Source: Gemmatimonadaceae bacterium (GTDB lineage Bacteria; Gemmatimonadota; Gemmatimonadetes; Gemmatimonadales; Gemmatimonadaceae). From it: a DNA stretch of 29,192 bases. Location: contig JANRJP010000140.1 of assembly GCA_033763905.1 (NCBI GenBank), forward strand, positions 1 through 29,192. The letters run 5' to 3'. The notes beneath the pieces are model-generated. The model was not told the DNA's origin. It worked only from the letters and a program-made list of their open reading frames with translations, and ran no database searches. Below are positions 1 through 6,782 of the stretch, in pieces. Position numbers and translations under genes: made by a program. How positions within the stretch are numbered: the first letter of the stretch is position 1; each line of letters begins with the position of its first letter.

Positions 1-1350
1 AGCGTGCTGCCGGTGTGGCTGCTCTTGGCACCGCGCGACTACTTGAGCGCCTTCGTGAAGATCGGCGTGGTGGTGGCGCTGGCCGCCGGCATTCTGCTGG
101 TGCTGCCGCCGCTGCAGATGCCGGCGCTGACCCGATTCATCGACGGCTCGGGCCCGGTGTTCGCGGGGAAGCTGTTTCCGTTTGTGTTCATCACGATTGC
201 CTGCGGCGCGATTTCGGGCTTTCACTCGCTCATTGCGAGCGGCACGACGCCCAAGCTGCTCGAGAACGAAGCCGATGCGCGGCTCGTGGGCTACGGCGGA
301 ATGCTGCTCGAAAGCGGCGTCGCGGTGATGGCGCTGATTGCCGCCTGCGTCCTGACGCCCGGCACGTACTTCGCGATCAACGCGCCGGCGGGGGCCATTG
401 GCACCACGGTGGAAAGTGCAGTGCTGGCGGTGCAGCAGTGGGGCTTTACGCTCAACGCCGACGAGTTCCGCGCGCTCACCGCCAACGTGGGCGAGACCTC
501 GCTGCTCTCGCGCACCGGCGGCGCGCCGTCTCTGGCCGTCGGGATGGCGAACATCTTCGCGGCGGTGCTCGGCGGGCCGTCGGCGATGGCCTTGTGGTAC
601 CACTTCGCCATTATGTTCGAGGCGCTGTTCATTCTGACGACGCTCGATGCGGGCACGCGCGTGGGGCGCTTTCTGCTGCAGGATCTGGGCAAGTCGCTGT
701 GGCCCAAGTTCGGCGATGTGACCTACACGCCGGCGGTGGTGCTGGCCTCGGCGCTGTTCGTGAGCGGGTGGGGCTACTTCCTGTATCAGGGCGTCACCGA
801 CCCATTGGGCGGCGTGAATTCGCTGTGGCCGTTGTTCGGCATTGCGAATCAGTTGCTGGCCACGGTGGCGTTGTGTGTCGGCACGACGGTGATCTTGAAG
901 ATGGGCCACCGTCGCTGGGTGGCGAGCACGCTGGTGCCGCTCTCGTGGTTGGTGACGGTGACGATGACGGCGGGGCTCACGAAGATTTTCTCGAGTGACC
1001 CGCGGCTCGGCTTTTTGGCGCACGCGCGGAGCTTTGGCGACATTCTCGCCCGCGGCGAACTGCCGCGAGGGGTCAAGAGCGCCGCGGCGGCGCAGCAGAT
1101 GATGTTCAACGATCGCTTGGACGCCGGTGTGACGGCGTTTTTTCTGACGGCGGTGGTGGTGCTGCTGGTGGCGTCAGCGCGCGAGTGGTGGCGCACCTGG
1201 CGCGGTGGTGCCAAGCCCAGCACCGAAGTGCCGTTCGTGCCGCGACCGATGGGGGGCTTTGTGCCGGCGGTGGCGCACACGCGGGCGGAGTTGCTGCCGA
1301 CGATCGTGGGGCGGCGGGACGAGGCGACGCCGGCGATGCGGTGTTGCTGA
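1..1350 (+). CDS. cstA: Carbon starvation protein A (CstA/YjiY peptide/pyruvate transporter family), 5'-truncated by window edge
   Basis: Family motifs LPVWLLLAPRDYLS, FPFVFITIACGAISGFHSLIASGTTPK, LLSRTGGAPSLAVGMA, WYHFAIMFEALFILTTLDAGTRVGRF and LWPLFGIANQLLA; many TM segments. Confidence 0.96.
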   Translation, partial: SVLPVWLLLAPRDYLSAFVKIGVVVALAAGILLVLPPLQMPALTRFIDGSGPVFAGKLFPFVFITIACGAISGFHSLIASGTTPKLLENEADARLVGYGGMLLESGVAVMALIAACVLTPGTYFAINAPAGAIGTTVESAVLAVQQWGFTLNADEFRALTANVGETSLLSRTGGAPSLAVGMANIFAAVLGGPSAMALWYHFAIMFEALFILTTLDAGTRVGRFLLQDLGKSLWPKFGDVTYTPAVVLASALFVSGWGYFLYQGVTDPLGGVNSLWPLFGIANQLLATVALCVGTTVILKMGHRRWVASTLVPLSWLVTVTMTAGLTKIFSSDPRLGFLAHARSFGDILARGELPRGVKSAAAAQQMMFNDRLDAGVTAFFLTAVVVLLVASAREWWRTWRGGAKPSTEVPFVPRPMGGFVPAVAHTRAELLPTIVGRRDEATPAMRCC

Positions 1351-1745
1351 AGCCTCCGGCGCGCCACGGAGTCCCGGTGGGCCGGTGCGGGGCGCTCGTC
1401 GCGGCGATGCTGACCCTGCTCACCGCCTGCGATCGCTCGGCCCCGACTCGCACCGGTGCCTCGGGGAGCGCCGCGACGACCGCCGCACCAGCGACGCCCC
1501 GCGCCCCGCGCGCGCTGTGGCAGACCTACTGCGCCTCGTGCCACGGCCCGACCGGCCGCGGCTCACCGGTAGCGACGGTGGTCTTTGACGCAACGTGGCA
1601 AACGGCGCGCTGTGATTCGCTGATTCGCGCGCGCATCACCAACGGCGTGCCGAACACCACGATGGCGCCGTGGGGGCGAATGCTGACGTCGGCGGAGGTC
1701 GACGGGCTGGTGGGCTACGTGCGGCAGTTGGGGTCGGCGCGGTAA
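1341..1745 (+). CDS. Monoheme cytochrome c, probable lipoprotein
   Basis: CxxCH (YCASCHG), distal Met (TTMAPW), C-terminal helix LTSAEVDGLVGYVRQL, lipobox-like LLTAC. Start taken as the in-frame GTG at 1341 overlapping the cstA end; start uncertain. Confidence 0.85.
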   Translation: MLLKPPARHGVPVGRCGALVAAMLTLLTACDRSAPTRTGASGSAATTAAPATPRAPRALWQTYCASCHGPTGRGSPVATVVFDATWQTARCDSLIRARITNGVPNTTMAPWGRMLTSAEVDGLVGYVRQLGSAR

Positions 1746-1806
1746 GGCCGTCGGTCCGCCGCCGCCCCGCTTGCGCCCCTCCCCCGCCCTGCCGATCCTC
1801 CCTCGT

Positions 1807-2988
1807 ATGCCGCCTCGCCCGTTCGCCGAGCTGTGGTCTGCCAGCGCCGGCGCGCGTGAGGCGGTGACCCGCGCCGACGACCAGACGCTGGCTCGGCAAT
1901 TGGCGGTGGCCGCGATTCCCGCCCCCACCGGCAGCGAAGGCCCGCGCGCTGCGTTCGTGGCGCGGCAGTTCCGCGCCGCCGGGCTCTACCGTGTGGCCAC
2001 CGATGCCGCCGGCAACGTGCTCGGCTGGCTCGGGCCCCGCGAAGGCGCCGCGGTGGTGGTGTGTGCGCACCTGGACACCGTGTTTGCAGCCGACGTGCCG
2101 CACGTGGTGGTGTCCAAGGGGCCGCGCTACGTGGGCCCGGGCATTGGCGACAATGCGCGCGGACTCGCCGCCGTGGTGGCGATTGCGACGGCGTTGCGAC
2201 AGCACGCCACACTGCTGGCGCGGCCGGTGCTGTTTGCGGCGACCACCGGTGAGGAGGGCGACGGGGACCTGCGTGGTGCGCGGCATCTGTTTGGCGTGCT
2301 CGGCGCGCAGGCACACAGCGCGGTAATTGTCGACGGACCGGGCGATGATCGCGTGGTGCACGACGCGGTTGGCGCTCGGCGGTATCGACTTCACTTCGCG
2401 GGTCCGGGCGGGCACAGCTGGGCCGACTCAGGGGCCCCGAGCGCGGTGCACGCGGCTGCGCGCTGTGCGGTGCGGCTGGCGGACTGGCCCGTGCCGACGA
2501 CGCCGCGTTCGAGCCTGACGGTGGCGCGGGCAGCGGGTGGATCGGCGATCAACGCGATTGCGAGCGACGCGTGGTTGGAAGTGGATGTGCGCTCCACGTC
2601 CGAGACAGTGCTCGACCGACTGGACCGCGAGCTGCGCCGCATTGCCGCCGCGTCGGCCGAGACCGAGACGTCACGCGGTGTGGCGGGGAGCGGACGGATT
2701 GCGGTGACGGTGGACGTGATTGGCGCGCGGCCGGCGGGGTCCTTGGATGCTCGGCACGAATTGGTGCAGGCGGCGTACGCGGCCACGCGCGCGATTGGCA
2801 AGGAGCCGGTACCGGCCACAGCGAGCACCGACGCGAACGTGCCGTTGTCGTTGGGAATTCCCGCGGTCGCGATTGGCGCCGGCGGCGACGGCGGTGGGGC
2901 GCACACGGTGGATGAGTGGTACGACAACCGTGGCGGGGCGCGCGGGGTGGCGCGGGCGTTGGGCGTGATTGTGGCGGCGGCGGGGTGA
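1807..2988 (+). CDS. M20/M25/M40 family metallopeptidase/hydrolase
   Basis: CAHLDTVF, GPGIGDNARG, TTGEEGDG, GPGGHSW, STDAN and GGAHTVDEWY metal-ligand motifs; ATG at 1807 is in frame with ORF 1771..2988. Confidence 0.92.
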   Translation: MPPRPFAELWSASAGAREAVTRADDQTLARQLAVAAIPAPTGSEGPRAAFVARQFRAAGLYRVATDAAGNVLGWLGPREGAAVVVCAHLDTVFAADVPHVVVSKGPRYVGPGIGDNARGLAAVVAIATALRQHATLLARPVLFAATTGEEGDGDLRGARHLFGVLGAQAHSAVIVDGPGDDRVVHDAVGARRYRLHFAGPGGHSWADSGAPSAVHAAARCAVRLADWPVPTTPRSSLTVARAAGGSAINAIASDAWLEVDVRSTSETVLDRLDRELRRIAAASAETETSRGVAGSGRIAVTVDVIGARPAGSLDARHELVQAAYAATRAIGKEPVPATASTDANVPLSLGIPAVAIGAGGDGGGAHTVDEWYDNRGGARGVARALGVIVAAAG

Positions 2989-3000
2989 CCCCGCCGCCGC
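2974..3000. terminator. Perfect 12-bp GC hairpin between convergent genes (candidate bidirectional terminator, no U-tract)
   Basis: GCGGCGGCGGGG (2974-2985) / TGA loop (the M20 stop codon) / CCCCGCCGCCGC (2989-3000). Confidence 0.55.
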
Positions 3001-3011
3001 GGTGCCGCTGA

Positions 3012-3344
3012 TTACCGGTTGTAGTACCGGTACTTCGCGGTGTTCTTGCGCTGATTGAGCGGGGCGAACACGGCGTCTTCGACGACCGTGCGGGTGCGCT
3101 TCGTGTTGGCGCGGGCGACGCCGTTGGGCTTGGCCGGCTTCGGCGGCTCGGGGGCCAGGGCTTCCTTGGCGCGGTAGCTCGCGACGGTCTGCTTCTGCGT
3201 GCCGTCGACGACGTTCCAGCGCTGCGGGCCACCGCCCGGCGAAATGGCGGGCGGCTTCACCTGCTGCGCGCCGAGTTCCGCAGCGAGCGGGGCGGCGAAC
3301 ATCACGGACACAGCAGCAACGGCGCGAAGGACAAGTCGACGCAT
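3012..3344 (-). CDS. Small secreted basic hypothetical protein
   Basis: ATG at 3344 gives MRRLVLRAVAAVSVMFAAPLAA, a Sec signal peptide; host-like codon usage; no family recognised. Confidence 0.6.
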   Translation of the reverse strand: MRRLVLRAVAAVSVMFAAPLAAELGAQQVKPPAISPGGGPQRWNVVDGTQKQTVASYRAKEALAPEPPKPAKPNGVARANTKRTRTVVEDAVFAPLNQRKNTAKYRYYNR

Positions 3345-3414
3345 TGGCGCGATCTCGAAGAGGTGGTCTCGCGACGCCAGCTCGGCGTCAGTGGTTGAAT
3401 CTTGCATCCGTCTC

Positions 3415-3445
3415 GCGCCGGCGTCCAGCGCCGGCGTCCAGCGCC
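3415..3445. repeat. Short tandem repeat (GCGCCGGCGTCCA)x2 plus partial copy
   Basis: Read directly: 3415-3427, 3428-3440, partial GCGCC 3441-3445; lies just beyond the vapC 3' end. Confidence 0.7.
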
Positions 3446-3473
3446 AGTGTCGACGTGGGCGACCACGCGGCGC

Positions 3474-3908
3474 CTACCGAACCAGCGGATTCCGCACCAA
3501 CAGCCCCGGGAACCGGCTGAAGTCGCGATCCGCGGTCCACAATTCTGCCACGCCGTGATTCGCGCACATCGCCGCCACGCGGCCGTCGTGCACCAACGGC
3601 CCGGCGATCTTGCCGTTCACTGCCATCGCTCGGAATGTGGCCCAGTAGCTCGGCGACTCGCCGAGGAGCGTCAGCATTGGCGATTCGAGCCACGCCTCGA
3701 CCTGCTCGAGCGCACGCGCGAGCGGCGTTGGCGGCGAGAAGATCTTTGGGTGCGTCACCACCGCGATGAACTCGTGCAGGCACGGCCACGGGATGGCCCA
3801 GAGCGCGGCCCCATTCGCCAGCGAGGCGAGGGCAGCACGGGCCGGATCGTGCCAAGCGGAGTCGGCGCGATGCGCGTGCACCAACACGTTGGTGTCGACC
3901 GCAATCAT
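3474..3908 (-). CDS. vapC: VapC PIN-domain ribonuclease toxin
   Basis: MIAVDTNVLVHAH N-terminus, LHEFIAVVT, LVHDGRVAA and WTADRDFSRFPGL; start overlaps the antitoxin stop by 4 nt. Confidence 0.95.
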   Translation of the reverse strand: MIAVDTNVLVHAHRADSAWHDPARAALASLANGAALWAIPWPCLHEFIAVVTHPKIFSPPTPLARALEQVEAWLESPMLTLLGESPSYWATFRAMAVNGKIAGPLVHDGRVAAMCANHGVAELWTADRDFSRFPGLLVRNPLVR

Positions 3909-4153
3909 CCGCCGCGTCCGCCGTAGATCTCGGCGCTCACGCGGGACCAGTCGCTCAAGTCCACGCCGGGTTGCAGGCCTTGGCCACTGAAGCTGGCGTC
4001 ACGCAACTGAAACCGCTTCTGCTTCGCTCGGCGGCGGGCGAGCACCTCACGCAACCCTTCCTCGACCAGCGAACGCACGGTGACGCCCTCTCGTGCTGCG
4101 ATCGCCTTGGCCTGATCGAGGAGGGCGTCGGCGATATCGATGGTTGTCTTCAT
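3905..4153 (-). CDS. vapB: VapB antitoxin (ribbon-helix-helix-type N-terminus)
   Basis: MKTTIDIADALLDQAKAIAAREGVTVRSLVEEGLR; 82 aa; directly upstream of and coupled to vapC. Confidence 0.92.
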   Translation of the reverse strand: MKTTIDIADALLDQAKAIAAREGVTVRSLVEEGLREVLARRRAKQKRFQLRDASFSGQGLQPGVDLSDWSRVSAEIYGGRGG

Positions 4154-4190
4154 ATGGGTAACAATATTACACTACCCATATAGACGGCAA
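4152..4190 (-). promoter_or_regulatory. vapBC promoter/operator: 9-bp perfect inverted repeat overlapping the start codon; probable leaderless promoter
   Basis: ATATGGGTA (4152-4160) N12 TACCCATAT (4173-4181). The minus strand reads TTGCCG-N18-TATTGT-N7-ATG with no SD. Confidence 0.7.
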
Positions 4191-4379
4191 GCGAGAACCT
4201 ACGCCGTCCGCACGTGGGGCTTGGACGTCTCTGCCGCGTCGGTGCTCCTCCCTCCCGGGAGTGTCGCCCCGAACCGTGCCGCTGTCGAAACGAGAGCCAG
4301 ACTGGACGTGTTTACAGGGCGCCAGGCTGGGCGGCCGCGCGCCGTCGCCAGTAAACCAATCGGATGGGTCGTTCTACAT

Positions 4380-4629
4380 TGACCACTTGCGGCTCGGCAC
4401 GCTTGTGGTGCCGCCGGCCATCCTCGACGACTTCTCGTATGTCGTGCAGGTCGATGGCTTCCGGCTGCTGGACGTCGACGCGTCCTCAGCGGTTCGTGCC
4501 GGACTCGCCGCGCACGAGCATCGCGATCCGTTTGACCGGCTGATTGCGTCGCAGGCGCTGGGGCTTGGCGCCACGGTGGTGACCAGTGATCCAGCAATCG
4601 CGGCGCTGGGGGCGACGGTGTACTGGTGA
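4380..4629 (+). pseudogene. C-terminal remnant of a second PIN/VapC toxin
   Basis: HLRLGTL...HEHRDPFDRLIASQALGLGATVVTSDPAI..W matches the HRDPFDR-type PIN C-terminal half; the N-terminal 'LLDTH' strand and an antitoxin are absent. Confidence 0.72.
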
Positions 4630-4686
4630 GGGCAGCGACGGTGGCGCTATTGGAGTTGTCACACCATTGCCACGACACCGTGGTTG

Positions 4687-4700
4687 GTGACGTACGTCAC
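4687..4700. promoter_or_regulatory. Perfect 14-bp palindrome GTGACGTACGTCAC (GTGA-N6-TCAC, CRP/FNR-like spacing)
   Basis: Read directly; 55 nt upstream of the sigma54-activator ATG. Function inferred. Confidence 0.4.
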
Positions 4701-4755
4701 GGCAACGCCAACGCGCGGCGCGATACGCTCGATTGCACGCTGATTCTTCACCCGA

Positions 4756-5715
4756 ATGCGACCGCACGTGATCACAGCGGCAGCCGATTCAGTCGCCGCG
4801 CAGTTCGTCGGCGTCTCCACCTTCGCGCAGCGACTTCGACAGACCGTGGTCCACGCGGCGCCGCTGACCATTCCTGTGCACATCACGGGTCCGAGCGGCG
4901 CCGGCAAGGAAGTCGTCGCGGAGTTATTGCATTCGTTATCGCGCCGGACGGGCGCCTTCGTTGCTGTCAACGCGGCCTCGATCCCCACCGATCTGGTGGA
5001 GTCGATCTTGTGCGGGCACGCGCGCGGCGCGTTCACGGGGGCGAGTGACCGCACGAACGGCGTCGTGGAAGATGCGCGCGGGGGCACCCTGTTCCTCGAC
5101 GAGATTGCATCGGCGTCCCGTGCGACGCAGGGAGCGCTGCTTCGGATTCTTGATGGTCGGCCGTATCGCCCCGTCGGCGGCGGACCGGAGCGTCAGCCGA
5201 GCTGTCGCATCGTGTCGGCGTCGAACGAGTCGCTGGCCGATGCGGTGCGTGAGGGGGTGTTCCGCCGCGATTTGTACTACCGGCTGGTTGGCGTCGAGCT
5301 CGCATTGATTCCGCTGCGCGACCGTCGTGATGACATTGGGCCGATTGCCGACGTGCTGCTGGCGCGCGCGGCGGCGGCAAGCGGCTACCAGCGACGGTTG
5401 AGCGCGGCGGCACGCCAGCGGCTGGAGCACGAGCCGTGGCCGGGTAACGTGCGACAGCTACGGTGGGTGATTGAACGCGCGGTCGCCTTCGCGAAGCGAG
5501 ATGAGATAAAGGAGGTTGACTTGGGCTTACGTGATGCGCCCGAGCCTGCGCCGGTATCGCCGCATCCGCTGGCGGCGCAGCTTGCAGAGCACGGATTCGA
5601 TGTCCGCCGCCTGGCCGCGCATCACGGCGTGCATCCTGCGACGGTGTATCGCTGGCTTGAGGCGGAAGGGATCGAGGCGCCGCGGCGGTCGGCCGCGCGA
5701 CGAGGGCGACAATAA
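4756..5715 (+). CDS. Sigma54-dependent enhancer-binding protein (AAA+ plus HTH), no N-terminal sensor domain
   Basis: Walker A GPSGAGKE, GHARGAFTGA loop, Walker B TLFLDEI, FRRDLYYRL, WPGNVRQL and C-terminal HTH LAAHHGVHPATVYRWL. Confidence 0.92.
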   Translation: MRPHVITAAADSVAAQFVGVSTFAQRLRQTVVHAAPLTIPVHITGPSGAGKEVVAELLHSLSRRTGAFVAVNAASIPTDLVESILCGHARGAFTGASDRTNGVVEDARGGTLFLDEIASASRATQGALLRILDGRPYRPVGGGPERQPSCRIVSASNESLADAVREGVFRRDLYYRLVGVELALIPLRDRRDDIGPIADVLLARAAAASGYQRRLSAAARQRLEHEPWPGNVRQLRWVIERAVAFAKRDEIKEVDLGLRDAPEPAPVSPHPLAAQLAEHGFDVRRLAAHHGVHPATVYRWLEAEGIEAPRRSAARRGRQ

Positions 5716-6292
5716 AGTTGACCGGATCCCCGCCTGCGTAGCCGTCGCGGTTCCCGCCGCCCGCGAGCCCGATCGGATCCGGCTGCAGAAACCGTCCCGT
5801 CGCCGGATCATAATGCCGCGCCCGCAGGTACACCGCCCCCGTCGCCTCGGCGCGGCCGCCGAGCACGCTGCCCCACCACGCGCCCGTGGGCGCTGGCACC
5901 GCCTGCGCGCCGTCGAGCGTCAGCCCGTTGCTGCGCCAATCCACCGGCGTCGGCGCGCCCGGCGCCCCGGGGGCGTGCGCGATCCAGCCCCCCGTGGCCC
6001 GCCACCACCCGCCGTACGCCTCGCCCTGCCAATCCCGCGAGGGCACCAGCGTTTCCACGCGTCCGCTCGCGCGCTGGATCGCCAGCGGCACGTCCACCCC
6101 GCCCGCGTGCACGAGCTGCACCGCGACCTGCTCGGCGCCGCGGGTCTGGAGTTCGGCCAGTGACTGCGCGCCCTCCCACACCGTGACGGTATTGGTCTCG
6201 AGACAGCGCCAGGTGCTCGTACACGTCAGGGGATCGGGGCGCGCGCGGGTGCGTACCTGCCGGCCGAGGGCGTCGTAGCGCGACTCGGCGAA
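5714..6292 (-). pseudogene. Orphan RHS-core fragment (FAESRYD...GGDPVNF), truncated before the DPxG cleavage site and toxin
   Basis: 193 codons nearly identical to the RHS core at 7253-7831; no credible start; runs into the 3' end of the opposite-strand sigma54 gene. Confidence 0.88.
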
Positions 6293-6452
6293 CGAGTCTT
6301 CCCCGCGCTTAGGCGCACGGCTCGGCGCAGGTGGAGCATCAGGCGCGCCCGAAACGCGAAATCGACCAGACCATTGCTCGACGCTCCAGTACGGGTCGTG
6401 CGTCACGGCACGGGCGGCAGCGATTCACTGTTCGCACCGAGCGGTACCAAGG

Positions 6453-6782
6453 CTAATCAGGCGGTTCAAACACCAAGCTCACTCTCACATCGTGACCACT
6501 CGGCAAAGCGCGAAAATACGGATCGATCGCCCCCACTCCCGGTCCTGCTGGATCGTTTTGGATCGGCGAGTCTGAAAAGTCAGCGACGAGGTGCTCTATC
6601 GGCGAGACCATCTGACCATCCCAGCGGAACGCCTCGATGCCGACCAGTCGCGCGCCTGAGCGTAGTGCGGCGGCAATGAGATGCCGTGCGTCCGAAGGAG
6701 CGTAGTATGCCTCACCTCCGCTGAGCACGCACCGCTGACGATGGCTGGCTACGACGGCGTCAAACGTTTGTCTATTCTTCAT
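6453..6782 (-). CDS. Putative cognate immunity protein (109 aa) for the RHS C-terminal toxin
   Basis: ATG at 6782 overlaps the RHS stop (ATGA); small, cytoplasmic, lower GC; canonical immunity-gene position. Family not recognised. Confidence 0.8.
   Translation of the reverse strand: MKNRQTFDAVVASHRQRCVLSGGEAYYAPSDARHLIAAALRSGARLVGIEAFRWDGQMVSPIEHLVADFSDSPIQNDPAGPGVGAIDPYFRALPSGHDVRVSLVFEPPD

Noticed and set aside
1339..1400. Selenocysteine read-through at cstA ...RCC-TGA
   Set aside because: Both Cys codons are ordinary and precede the TGA; no convincing SECIS recognised; the downstream sequence is used by the cytochrome c frame.
5033..6406. 457-aa minus-strand ORF as an intact RHS toxin
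   Set aside because: Chimeric: the RHS similarity stops at 5714 and the rest is antisense read-through of the sigma54 gene; no DPxG motif or toxin domain.
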